Shown here piece after piece: positions 12,889 to 21,438 of a stretch of DNA of 57,039 nucleotides (position 1 is its first letter; each line of letters starts with the position of its first letter). A program made the position numbers and the translations under genes. The notes under the pieces are model-generated. The model was not told the DNA's origin. It saw only the letters and a program-made list of their open reading frames with translations, and made no database searches. The stretch is from Thermoanaerobaculia bacterium (GTDB taxonomy: Bacteria; Acidobacteriota; Thermoanaerobaculia; UBA5066; DATFVB01). The stretch lies in contig DATFVB010000156.1 of the NCBI GenBank assembly GCA_035260525.1, positions 1-57,039 on the forward strand, written 5' to 3'.

Positions 12889-14166
12889 TCACGCTTCCCG
12901 GAGCGCCGCGATCGGCTCGAGGGCGATCGCGCGCCGGACCGGCTCCAGCGAGGCGGCGACCGAGACGAAGACCGCCGCCGCCACGGCGACGGCGGCCAGC
13001 AGCGGCGTCCGAACGACGGAGAAGCCGAAGATCGCGCGCGCCAGCGCCGGCGCGGCGAGGAACCCGGCGGCCGCTCCCGCCGCGCCGCCGAGAAGCCCGT
13101 TCACGGCGGCTTCGGCGAGGAACACCGCGGCGACCTTCTCCGGCTCGGCGCCGAGGGCCTTCCAGAGGCCGATCTCGGGTGCTCGCTCGGTGACGGAGTC
13201 GAAGAGCGTCGAGAACACCGCGAGCAGCGCGGCGAGCAGGGCGGCCCCCGCCGCGAAGAGGAGCAGGGTCTCGGCGACGTGGGCGGAACGCTCCTCGTCG
13301 GCGGTCACCCGGCGCAGCGGCGCGGCGCGCGCGCCGGGGATCGCCTCTCCGATCTGCGCGGCGATCGACGAAGCGTAGGGGGTGCAGTACCAGCGATCAT
13401 ACTCGGCCGGCGGGAGCTTCCTCGGGTCGCGATGGAGGGCGGCCTGGAGCTTCGACTCGGGGGTCGTCATCGCGGTGACGTCGATGCGGCCGATGCGTCC
13501 CGGCGCGCCGGCGATCGCCTGCGCGGCCGAAAGCGGCAGGAGGAGGGCCGTGTCCTCCCGCTCGCCGGAACGGAAGATCCCCGTGATCGTCACGGTCCGC
13601 GTCCCTCCCGGGCCGGCGACCGCGAGCCGGGTTCCCGGGGCCCACGGGCGCCCGTCGGCCGCGCGGACGCCCGCCGCCGCCTCCTCGGCGCCGTCGGAGG
13701 GCCAGCGCCCCCGCTCGATCTTCCAAGCGGGATGCGCCCCGAGGACGCTCGTCTCGAGGGGCTCTCCCTTCTCCGTGCGGCGCTCTCTCCGGAAATCGAC
13801 CCCCTCCGCCGCGACCGGGCTCCCGTTGGCCGTCGCGGAGAATTCGAGAACGGGCGAGATCGCCGTGATGTTGTTCTTCCAGAAGAGATCGGGGAAGGCG
13901 TCGAGCGCCCGTTCGGGCAGCGCCTGCGGCGACGGGGGCGCGGGAAGCGGAGCGCCGAGGATCGACGGCGACGCCTTCGCCGTCTCGGGAAGGACGACGA
14001 TGTTCGCGCCGTACGCGGTCAGGTCGCGGCGCGCGCGGTCGCCGATGCCCGACCCGATCGCGAGGACGAGCGTCCAGACCGCGGACGCGATCGCGAGCGC
14101 GATGAAGGCCACCGTCTTGCGCCGGCGGCTCCGGCGGAACGAACTGGCGAGGATCCGAAAGAACAT
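12889..14166 (-). CDS. FtsX-family ABC transporter permease (iron-uptake operon)
   Basis: 425 aa with the same architecture ('PEIGLWKALGAEPEKV'). It is a paralog of the downstream permease. Confidence 0.8.
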   Translation of the reverse strand: MFFRILASSFRRSRRRKTVAFIALAIASAVWTLVLAIGSGIGDRARRDLTAYGANIVVLPETAKASPSILGAPLPAPPSPQALPERALDAFPDLFWKNNITAISPVLEFSATANGSPVAAEGVDFRRERRTEKGEPLETSVLGAHPAWKIERGRWPSDGAEEAAAGVRAADGRPWAPGTRLAVAGPGGTRTVTITGIFRSGEREDTALLLPLSAAQAIAGAPGRIGRIDVTAMTTPESKLQAALHRDPRKLPPAEYDRWYCTPYASSIAAQIGEAIPGARAAPLRRVTADEERSAHVAETLLLFAAGAALLAALLAVFSTLFDSVTERAPEIGLWKALGAEPEKVAAVFLAEAAVNGLLGGAAGAAAGFLAAPALARAIFGFSVVRTPLLAAVAVAAAVFVSVAASLEPVRRAIALEPIAALREA

Positions 14167-14173
14167 CCGTTCC

Positions 14174-15421
14174 TCAGCGCCCGCCCGGGGCGGCCGGAAA
14201 CTGCGCCGCTTCGGCGGCGAGGTCCGACGCGCGGATCACGACCGAATTCCCCTCGACGCGGGAGGGGAGCGGGATCGGGTTGCAGCCGCCCGGCCGTCCG
14301 ATCGTCGGGATGTTGATGTTGGCGTCGCAGTTGAGGCAGACGACATTGCCGCCGATCTCGTTGTACCCGTCCGTCCCGCAGACCTGGCAGGCGTCGAACG
14401 CGGTCTTGACCTCCTTCCCGGCCCGGATCACGAGGAAGCGCGCCGCGTGGCCCGCGACGTCGGTGCTGAACCGATGGAGGTGCCCGTCGGAGACCGTCGC
14501 GACCGGGATGCGCAGCTCGCCGCCCGCGACGGGCACGACGATCGCCGGCGTGAGCCGGCGGCCCGTTTCGGCGCGAACGAAGCTCACTCCGAGAACGACG
14601 AGGATCAAGGCGGAGAGGGCCGCGGCGACCCGGAGACCCCGCTTTTCGCGGAGGTCGCGGGCGCGGACCAGCCGCGCTTCCGGCCCCTCTCCGGCGGGCG
14701 TCGCCCCTTTCCGGGCGGTCGCGATCGCGAAGAAGGGGACGAGGAGCACGGCGAGCACGAAGATCACGTTGTTCTTCACGACCGGGCCGATCACCGCCAT
14801 CTCGGTCCGGCCCACCGGGATCAGGCCCGCCTCGGCGAGCTCATGCAGGCCGCCCACGAAGAGCTGGACGAGGAGGAGCCCGAGCACGAAGCTCGTGATC
14901 GCGAAGAATCGTTTGAGATCGATCCGGAGGCTGCCGCGCGCGAACGCGACGCCGAAGGCGACCGCGACCGCGAGGCCGAGCGTGCCGCCGGCCACTGCGG
15001 CGAGCGTGGCGCTGTTCAACGACGCCGCAGAGAGGAAGAGCACCGCCTCGATCCCCTCGCGCGCGACGAGCAGGAACGTCAGCCAGAAGACCGCCGCGCC
15101 GCCGCGGCCGAGCGCGGACGCGACGCGCGTGCCCACCTGCTCCCGCATGCGGTGGGAGGTCCGGTGAATCCACACCATCATCGTCGCGACGAACCCCGCC
15201 GCGACGAGCATCAGGAAGCCCTCGAAGACGTCCTCGTCGAGCGCGAAGCCGCGCAGCAAGATCCCGCCGGCGATCGACGCCGCGACCGCGAGCGCGATCC
15301 CGAGCGCGACCCGGCCGTAGAGGTCTTCCCGCCCCGCCTTCCGCAGCGCGCCGACGACGATCGCGACCACGAGCGCGGCCTCGATCCCTTCCCGCAGGAC
15401 GATGACGAAACTCTCGAGCAT
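14174..15421 (-). CDS. FTR1/EfeU-type high-affinity iron permease fused to a DUF2318-like Cys-rich domain
   Basis: The ATG at 15421 (MLESF...) has AGGAG upstream. There are two REGxE motifs ('LREGIEAAL', 'AREGIEAVL'). The C-terminal part, 'CQVCGTDGYNEIGGNVVCLNCDANINIPTIGRPGGCNPIPLP', resembles DUF2318. Confidence 0.82.
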   Translation of the reverse strand: MLESFVIVLREGIEAALVVAIVVGALRKAGREDLYGRVALGIALAVAASIAGGILLRGFALDEDVFEGFLMLVAAGFVATMMVWIHRTSHRMREQVGTRVASALGRGGAAVFWLTFLLVAREGIEAVLFLSAASLNSATLAAVAGGTLGLAVAVAFGVAFARGSLRIDLKRFFAITSFVLGLLLVQLFVGGLHELAEAGLIPVGRTEMAVIGPVVKNNVIFVLAVLLVPFFAIATARKGATPAGEGPEARLVRARDLREKRGLRVAAALSALILVVLGVSFVRAETGRRLTPAIVVPVAGGELRIPVATVSDGHLHRFSTDVAGHAARFLVIRAGKEVKTAFDACQVCGTDGYNEIGGNVVCLNCDANINIPTIGRPGGCNPIPLPSRVEGNSVVIRASDLAAEAAQFPAAPGGR

Positions 15422-15472
15422 GGCCGGCGATCTCCTCTTGACAACGGGCCGCGTCCGGGACAGTATCACGGC

Positions 15473-15484
15473 TGAGACTGAGTC
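15473..15484. promoter_or_regulatory. Candidate Fur-type operator in the divergent FTR1/fur promoter region
   Basis: TGAGACTGAGTC contains the palindrome GACT-N-AGTC and is repeated exactly at 16021-16032. It lies just downstream of a candidate fur promoter (TTGACA at 15438-15443, 17 nt, CAGTAT). Confidence 0.4.
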
Positions 15485-15523
15485 GCAATGTCAACCACGC
15501 GCGTTCCCCGCGCCGCCTGACCG

Positions 15524-16036
15524 ATGCCGAACCGACGCGAAGCCGTCCTCTTCGAGGCGTACCTGAAGCGGCACGGCCTGAAATTCACGCCGGAGCGGCG
15601 CGTCCTCTTCGACGAGATCTTCAAGCGCCACGAGCATTTCGAGGCGGACGAGCTCCTCTTCCGGATGAAGCAGCGGGGGAGGAAGATCTCCCGGGCGACG
15701 ATCTATCGCGGGCTCGAGCTCCTGATCGCCGCGGGCGTCGTCGGCCGGGTGCGCGTGGGCGACGAGGGGTTCCTCTACGAACGCCTCCACGCGGGGGAGC
15801 ATCACGACCACATGATCTGTCTCGGGTGCGGCAAGATCATCGAGTTCTTCGAGCCGAAGATCGAGGAGCTCCAGGATCGCGTATGCGCCCGCGCGGGGTT
15901 TCGCGCGGTCACCCACAGCCACCACATCCGGGGATTCTGCCGGGACTGCCGGAAGAGCACGGCGGTCGATCCGGAAATCGAAAGCGCGCGGCCGCCCCGC
16001 GACGGGGCGCGCCTCCTGATTGAGACTGAGTCTTAG
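15524..16036 (+). CDS. fur: Fur-family transcriptional regulator
   Basis: 170 aa. Motifs are 'TPERRVLFDEI', 'ISRATIYRGLELL', 'HHDHMICLGCGKIIEF' and 'GFCRDC'. Confidence 0.9.
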   Translation: MPNRREAVLFEAYLKRHGLKFTPERRVLFDEIFKRHEHFEADELLFRMKQRGRKISRATIYRGLELLIAAGVVGRVRVGDEGFLYERLHAGEHHDHMICLGCGKIIEFFEPKIEELQDRVCARAGFRAVTHSHHIRGFCRDCRKSTAVDPEIESARPPRDGARLLIETES

Positions 16037-16041
16037 AATCA
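16017..16041. promoter_or_regulatory. Second copy of the candidate Fur-type operator, as a nested palindrome
   Basis: TGATT-G-AGACTGAGTCT-TAG-AATCA has inner arms AGACT/AGTCT and outer arms TGATT/AATCA. It overlaps the fur stop codon and abuts the next gene. Confidence 0.4.
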
Positions 16042-16056
16042 ATGAAAGGAACGCCG

Positions 16057-16782
16057 ATGGCCCCGCGAGTCCGGGTTTCGGCGTGCGCCGTGGCGGTGCT
16101 GCTCCTCGGGTTCGCCGCCTCCGCCCGCGCCGACCGCAAGTTCTACCTCTTCACGTACCCGTACGCGACGCTTCCGAAGGGCGCCGCCGAGCTCGAGACC
16201 TGGATCACGCGGGAGGACGACGACGCCGTCCCGAAGCAGATCGACGGCCAGCTCCAGATCGAGGGGGAGTTCGGCCTGACGGACCGGCTCGACATCTCGC
16301 TCTACACGATCCTCGCCAGGGAAGGGGACTCCTCTCTCGACTGGGACGCCTCGAAGATCGAGGCGAAGTACCGGCTCGGAGAGCCGGGGAAGTGGCCGGT
16401 CGACGTCGAGCTCTACGCCGAGTACGAGCAGCCGTTCAAGGTGCACGGCTGGGGGGAGCCGGAATTCAAGCTCATCCTCGCTCGCGACTTCGGCGCGGTG
16501 AACGTCGCCGGGAACTTCATCTTCTTGCGCCCCGTCGACGACGAGACGGGGCGGCATCTCCCGTGGCGGAAGGAATGGGCCGCCGGCGCCTCGTACGAGC
16601 TTTCGCCGCGGGTCAATCTCGGCGTCGAGGGGCACGGCTCTTTCTCGGAGTCCAACGGGAAGATCGGCCCGGTCGTCTCCTATCAGGGGGAGAAGGCGTG
16701 GATCGCGCTCGGGCCGTACTTCGGATTGACCTCGCGGGACGGCGACGTCGGCGCGCGGGCGATCCTCGGCTTCTACTTTTGA
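16057..16782 (+). CDS. Putative outer-membrane beta-barrel protein (iron-locus associated)
   Basis: The ATG at 16057 has AAGGA 6 nt upstream; the track start at 16042 has no SD. The signal peptide is 'MAPRVRVSACAVAVLLLGFAASARA'. The sequence has alternating-hydrophobic strands and ends in 'ILGFYF', a C-terminal aromatic. Confidence 0.65.
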   Translation: MAPRVRVSACAVAVLLLGFAASARADRKFYLFTYPYATLPKGAAELETWITREDDDAVPKQIDGQLQIEGEFGLTDRLDISLYTILAREGDSSLDWDASKIEAKYRLGEPGKWPVDVELYAEYEQPFKVHGWGEPEFKLILARDFGAVNVAGNFIFLRPVDDETGRHLPWRKEWAAGASYELSPRVNLGVEGHGSFSESNGKIGPVVSYQGEKAWIALGPYFGLTSRDGDVGARAILGFYF

Positions 16783-17063
16783 GGCGGGTCGGGAGCGCGC
16801 TCGCCGTCGCCTGGGCTTTGGCCGCGGCCGCCGCGTGCGCCACGACCCTCCCGCCGGCGACTCCCGAAACTGCTCCCGGGCGCGCCCTCTACACGGCGAA
16901 ATGCCACGCGTGCCACCGGATGTACCGGCCCGACCGGGTCGGACCCGAGAAATGGCCGGCGCTCCTCGAGAAGATGGCGGAGAAGGCGAAGCTGACTCCC
17001 GAGGAAGAGAAGCAGGTTCTCGATTACGTGCTCGCCGTGTCGCCGCCGGGCCCTCCGAAGTAG
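16779..17063 (+). CDS. Small c-type-cytochrome-like lipoprotein
   Basis: The in-frame TTG at 16779 overlaps the upstream stop (TTGA). The lipobox-like signal is 'LAVAWALAAAAAC'. There is a single CxxCH ('CHACH'). Confidence 0.5.
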   Translation: MRRVGSALAVAWALAAAAACATTLPPATPETAPGRALYTAKCHACHRMYRPDRVGPEKWPALLEKMAEKAKLTPEEEKQVLDYVLAVSPPGPPK

Positions 17064-17118
17064 CACCTCCCGTGAACGGCCGGCGGCGGCGTCGGGAAAC
17101 CGCCGCGGAAGGAATGGC

Positions 17119-18054
17119 TCAAGGAGGAGGAGCCAGGCCGGTTTCCCGGCGGCGCGGTATCCGCGACGGATCGAAGCCCGCGAGCGCCCGGTCGAGCGTC
17201 GGTTCCTGCCCGAGCGTCGTCAGGAGGGCGGCGACGATGTCCGGAAGCTGCCCCCTTCCCGCGGCCTCCGCGAGCTGCCGGCTGCCGGCGCGCTTGGACA
17301 GCTTCTCTCCCTGGGAGCTGACGAGCACCGGGACGTGGGCGTAGCGCAGCGGCGGCAACCCGAGCGACCGCGCGAGCAGGATCTGGCGCGGCGTCGAGTC
17401 GAGCAGGTCCGCGCCCCGGACGACCTGCGTCATCTCCTGCTCGGCGTCGTCGACGACGACCGCGAACTGGTAGGCGTATGCGCGCGCGGGCTGCTCGCGC
17501 CGCACGACGAAATCGCCGACGTCGCGGGCGACGTCCTGACGCTCTCGCCCGAACACTTCGTCGACGAATTCGACGGCTCCTTCCTCGACCCGGAACCGCC
17601 AGGCGCGGGCGTCGGCCGGATCGACGTCCGCGTCGCGGCAGGTTCCGGGATAGACCGGCTCGGCCGCTCCGTGCGGCGCCGAGGCCGACGTCGCGATCTC
17701 CCGGCGCGAGCAGCGGCACGGGTAGACGAGCCCGGCGTCGAGGAGCTCGCGGAAGCGCTCGTCGTAGAGCGGGACTCGTTCCGACTGCCGGACCACCGGG
17801 CCGTCGCTTTCGAGGCCGCAGAGGGACAGGAGCCGGATTTGCTCCTGTGCGCATCCGTCGATCACGCGCGGAGCGTCGAGGTCCTCGATCCGCACGAGCC
17901 ACTCCCCGCCTTCGCGGCCGAAGCCGCTCCGGCGCGGCGAAGGTCCTCCGGCGCTCCGGGCGAAGAGCCACGACGCGAGCGCCGTCATCAAGGATCCGAA
18001 GTGGAGCGGACCGGAAGGCGTCGGCGCGAAACGGCCGCGTTCTACCGCGAGAAG
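17119..18054 (-). CDS. gluQ: tRNA glutamyl-Q(34) synthetase (GluQRS); start codon unresolved
   Basis: Motifs are 'GRFAPTPSGPLHFGSL' (HIGH-like), 'VRIEDLD', 'YPCRCSRREI', 'FAVVVDD' and 'LSKR'. There is no ATG/GTG/TTG between the conserved N-terminus (~18045) and the GTGs at 18258/18267. Those GTGs would overlap the cytochrome c gene by ~220 nt. Confidence 0.75.
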   Translation of the reverse strand, partial: LLAVERGRFAPTPSGPLHFGSLMTALASWLFARSAGGPSPRRSGFGREGGEWLVRIEDLDAPRVIDGCAQEQIRLLSLCGLESDGPVVRQSERVPLYDERFRELLDAGLVYPCRCSRREIATSASAPHGAAEPVYPGTCRDADVDPADARAWRFRVEEGAVEFVDEVFGRERQDVARDVGDFVVRREQPARAYAYQFAVVVDDAEQEMTQVVRGADLLDSTPRQILLARSLGLPPLRYAHVPVLVSSQGEKLSKRAGSRQLAEAAGRGQLPDIVAALLTTLGQEPTLDRALAGFDPSRIPRRRETGLAPPP

Positions 18055-18377
18055 CTCCGCACGACGCCGAGGAGAGACTCGATCTCCTGGGGCGTGAGCA
18101 GCTTGCCGAAGGCCGGCATGTCCTTGTCGGTGCCGTTCGTGATCGCCTCGACGAGCCGGGAGTCGCTCTTGTGCTGCTGGAAATCGGGGTCGGTGAAATC
18201 CTGAGCCTTGAGCTTCTTCCCTTTCGGCGTCTGCGCGCGCCCGTCCTCGCCGTGGCACTTCGCGCACTTCTGGAGGAAGAGCGGCGACGGGCGCGCGCCC
18301 GCGTCGGCGGCGAGCGCCCAGACGCCCCCGGCGGCAAACGACAGGAAGACGGCGGCGGCGACGGAGCGAACGAACAT
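18042..18377 (-). CDS. Periplasmic monohaem cytochrome c
   Basis: The start is at MFVRS (18377). It has a signal peptide, 'CAKCH' and a distal Met in 'DKDMPAF'. Confidence 0.8.
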   Translation of the reverse strand: MFVRSVAAAVFLSFAAGGVWALAADAGARPSPLFLQKCAKCHGEDGRAQTPKGKKLKAQDFTDPDFQQHKSDSRLVEAITNGTDKDMPAFGKLLTPQEIESLLGVVRSFSR

Positions 18378-18427
18378 CGGGCCTCCTCGGCGAAGACTTT
18401 CCGCCGGACCTTCCGGCGGCGCAGGGG

Positions 18428-19729
18428 TCATTTTCTCAGAGCCGCGAGGTCCGCGAGCACGTCTTCATGTTTCCAGTCCCGGCCTTCATGGCGTCCGAGA
18501 ACCGTCCCGTCGGGGCCGATCGTGACGACGACGAGGGAGTGCGTGATCGAGCTTCCGTCACGCTCGAAGAAGGCTCCCGCGTGCTCCGCGACCGCGGCGA
18601 TCGCCTCGGGGTTCCCCGTCGCGAACGACCACCGGCCGCTTCCGACGTCCACCTGCCGGGCGTAGTCGTGGAGCACCGCGGGGGTGTCGTTCTTCGGGTC
18701 GAGCGTCACGAGGACGAAATGGGGAGCCAGGTCGGAAGCGCCGACGCGCGCGAGCCGGGCGACGGTCGCCGGACAGGCCCACGGCAGGGGACAGCGTGTG
18801 TAGATGAAGGAGAGGACGACGGGCTTTCCCCGAAAATCCGAGAGCGCGAAGGATCTTCCGTCCTGGTCGACGAGCCGGAAGTCGGGGAAAGGCCGTCCGA
18901 CGGCGGCGATCTTCGCCGGGTCGATCGCCGGCGCCTCGCCCGGGGTCTTCTTTCGGGCGATCACCGAGATCTCGTCGAGGCGTGAACGGGACCCGTCGAC
19001 GACGAGGCGCGCCGTGATCTCGTCCCCGGGCGCGAGCGCGTCGAGGCGCACGGCCGGGTCCACCGGAAAGGGCATCGTCATCGCGCCCATGTAGCCGGGG
19101 ACGGCTTCGTGCTCGACCGTGATCTCCCGCCGCTGCGCGTCGATCGCCGTGATCACGCCCCGCAGCGCGTGCGACGTGGCGGCCGGGGCGGCCGGCCGTT
19201 CGGCCGCGGGACGGCAGCCGGCGGCGGCGATGAGCAGGACGCCGAGCAACGCGCCGGCGGCCGTCCCGCGGCGGGAGCGCCGCTTTCCGATCCCGAGGAC
19301 GAAAACCGCGACCGCGACGAGCGCGCCGTCGCGGACGAGCACCCACCGCATCTCCCCGATCAGCTCGGCGTGCGTCTTCTGCGCGGCGTGGACGTCGAAG
19401 CAGCCGCACTGGACGGCCCGGTCGCGCGCGAGATTCGTCCCGATCGCGAGGATGAACACCACGAGCATCGCCGCGGCGAGCTTGCCCGCCGTCCTCCAGA
19501 AGACCCCCGAGACGAGGGCGAGGCCGCAGAGCATCTCGATCCACGGGAGGACGAGCGCCGCCGCGTGCACGAGGGAGAGGGGAAAGAGCCGGTAGTTCGC
19601 GATCATGTGCGCGAATCCCGGGGGATCCATGATCTTTGGCCCCGCCGCGACGATGAACACGGCGCCGAGGACGAGCCGCCCGATCAGGACGGCCGAACGG
19701 AGGAGCAGAGACGGCCGGGCGGCGTTCAT
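18428..19729 (-). CDS. Tri-domain fusion: MauE/DoxX-like membrane domain + CusF-like metal-binding domain + SCO1/SenC-type thioredoxin fold
   Basis: The ATG at 19729 overlaps the upstream stop (ATGA). The N-terminal 4-TM part contains 'GCFDVH'. The middle is 'GVITAIDAQRREITVEHEAVPGYMGAMTMPF'. The C-terminal part is 'VVLSFIYTRCPLPWACP...THSLVVVTIGPDG'. Confidence 0.8.
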   Translation of the reverse strand: MNAARPSLLLRSAVLIGRLVLGAVFIVAAGPKIMDPPGFAHMIANYRLFPLSLVHAAALVLPWIEMLCGLALVSGVFWRTAGKLAAAMLVVFILAIGTNLARDRAVQCGCFDVHAAQKTHAELIGEMRWVLVRDGALVAVAVFVLGIGKRRSRRGTAAGALLGVLLIAAAGCRPAAERPAAPAATSHALRGVITAIDAQRREITVEHEAVPGYMGAMTMPFPVDPAVRLDALAPGDEITARLVVDGSRSRLDEISVIARKKTPGEAPAIDPAKIAAVGRPFPDFRLVDQDGRSFALSDFRGKPVVLSFIYTRCPLPWACPATVARLARVGASDLAPHFVLVTLDPKNDTPAVLHDYARQVDVGSGRWSFATGNPEAIAAVAEHAGAFFERDGSSITHSLVVVTIGPDGTVLGRHEGRDWKHEDVLADLAALRK

Positions 19730-20418
19730 TTTTCCTCCCCGGCCGCGACGGGCCATCCGTGCTTCTGCCAGTCGGGGAATCCGTCGCGGTAGACGTAGAC
19801 GTTGTCGAACGTCACGCCCCAGAGCTTCTGCGCGAGCTGGTGCGAGTCCTCGCAGTCGCCGCCGCTGCAGTAGGCGACGATCGGAGCGTTCGTGTCGCGC
19901 CCTTCGTCGAGGAGGGCCTTGATCTTCTCGTCGGCGTCCGATTCCCAGACGGAGATCGAGCGGGCGCCGCGGACGTGTCCCTCCCGGAAGGCGGCGCTGC
20001 GGCGCGCGTCGACGAAGAGCGCGCCGCGGTCGAAGAGCGTCTTCGCCTGCTCGGGCGCGATCTCGATCCAGGGCCGGTCGGGATGGGGAGCGAAATCGGA
20101 CGCGGTCGGAGCGGGAGAGGCGGCGGGACGGGCGGGGGGGGGCGGCGCGGCCGCGCCGGACGCGGGGGCCGGCGCCTTCGGCTTCGTCGTGGCGGCCGGC
20201 GCGGGCGCCGACGGCGAAGTCGCCGGTGGCGTCGCCGGGGGGATCGGTTGCAGCGACGCGGGGGGCGCGACGGCCACGGCGACCGGCGGCCGGCCGAGCC
20301 AGGCGAGCTTGCGCTCCCGCCGGGCGAACGCGTTCGAGACGAAAGCCGCGACGACCGCGAGACCGACGATGATCGCCGCCTCGCGGAGGAACCCGCGTTC
20401 CCCCTGCCGGCGGATCAC
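19726..20418 (-). CDS. Membrane-anchored rhodanese-domain protein with a Pro/Ala-rich linker
   Basis: The GTG at 20418 overlaps the upstream stop (GTGA). It has one TM helix, then a PA-rich linker, then a rhodanese fold with the active-site loop 'VAYCSGGDCEDS'. Confidence 0.75.
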   Translation of the reverse strand: MIRRQGERGFLREAAIIVGLAVVAAFVSNAFARRERKLAWLGRPPVAVAVAPPASLQPIPPATPPATSPSAPAPAATTKPKAPAPASGAAAPPPPARPAASPAPTASDFAPHPDRPWIEIAPEQAKTLFDRGALFVDARRSAAFREGHVRGARSISVWESDADEKIKALLDEGRDTNAPIVAYCSGGDCEDSHQLAQKLWGVTFDNVYVYRDGFPDWQKHGWPVAAGEEK

Positions 20419-21374
20419 AGGCGGACCTGCAGGCCGCCGAGGACGTTGTACTTCGACGCGATGTTCACGCCGTTGATTCTCTGGTAGATCGGGATCTGGA
20501 AATAGATGTAGATCGCCGTCTTCGGCGTGAAGGCGACCCGCAGGCCGGGCGAGACGTACACGAAAGTCCCGCCGGTGTCGTCGCGGATCGCGTCGGTCCG
20601 CCCGACGTCGTCCTTCGTCCGGAACCGCGAGTTGAGCTGCAGGAGCGCCTGGAACGTCTCCGAGACCGGATAGTGGGCGCCCGCGTTGATCTGGAGCTCG
20701 TTTCCGGCCCGGTAGTCCTTCGAACCCACCCCGTTTCGCCGTCCCGTGGCGGAGACGAACCAGGGAAGGGCCGCGGTGTTCCCGAGCGGGCCGTACGTGA
20801 GCGAGGGGACGTTGACCGTTCCCTGCCAGACGAGGCTCGCGGACACGTCCGTGGATCCGGTTCCCGGGGCGATCGTCGGCTCGGCCTCGGCGCCCTCGGC
20901 GTTCCTGGCCGATCGGCCTCCCGTCGGAAGCTTGACGGCGAGAGCGGCCGAGAGATCCGCCACGAACCGGTAGCGCGCCGCGATCGAGACGTCCCCGAGA
21001 CCGTCGAGGCGGAAGCGCTCGAGCGCGCCGTCCTCGAAATGCTCGTGGTAGCGCGACACGTACGGAACCGAGAGGGAGAAGAACAGGTCGGGGGTCGCCG
21101 CGTAGTTGGAGAGGAGCGTCGTGATCCGGTTGACGGTGCGATGTTCGAGCTCCCCTTCCTCGGGGACGACCGGATGCGGGACGCGGTCGCGCCCGGAACG
21201 GAGCTCGTCCTGGTCGATGTACTGGAACGACAGGTCGAGCGTCCACTGGCCGGGAGAAGGCAGGTTCAGCGACTGCGGGTCGATCGGGCAGGTCGCCGAG
21301 CCGCAGCTCGCCACTTCGATCGCGGGGGCGGCGAGCGCAGCGGCGAACATGAGAGCGAGAACGCGAAACTTCAT
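20415..21374 (-). CDS. Putative outer-membrane beta-barrel protein
   Basis: The start is at MKF (21374) with the signal peptide 'MKFRVLALMFAAALAAPA'. It has a long alternating-strand pattern, and Cys-x4-Cys follows the signal. Confidence 0.65.
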   Translation of the reverse strand: MKFRVLALMFAAALAAPAIEVASCGSATCPIDPQSLNLPSPGQWTLDLSFQYIDQDELRSGRDRVPHPVVPEEGELEHRTVNRITTLLSNYAATPDLFFSLSVPYVSRYHEHFEDGALERFRLDGLGDVSIAARYRFVADLSAALAVKLPTGGRSARNAEGAEAEPTIAPGTGSTDVSASLVWQGTVNVPSLTYGPLGNTAALPWFVSATGRRNGVGSKDYRAGNELQINAGAHYPVSETFQALLQLNSRFRTKDDVGRTDAIRDDTGGTFVYVSPGLRVAFTPKTAIYIYFQIPIYQRINGVNIASKYNVLGGLQVRL

Positions 21375-21438
21375 CGAGTCGTTCCTCGAGGACAAAGGAT
21401 TGATTTTCGGACGGGCGTCCGTCCGCGGCGGCGGAGGA

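Noticed and set aside
19726-21246. A 506-aa ORF spanning the rhodanese gene and most of the OM-barrel gene.
   Set aside because: Only the C-terminal 230 aa (from the GTG at 20418) look like protein: a TM helix, a linker and a rhodanese fold. The upstream part is R/G/P-rich and overlaps the better-supported barrel gene out of frame.
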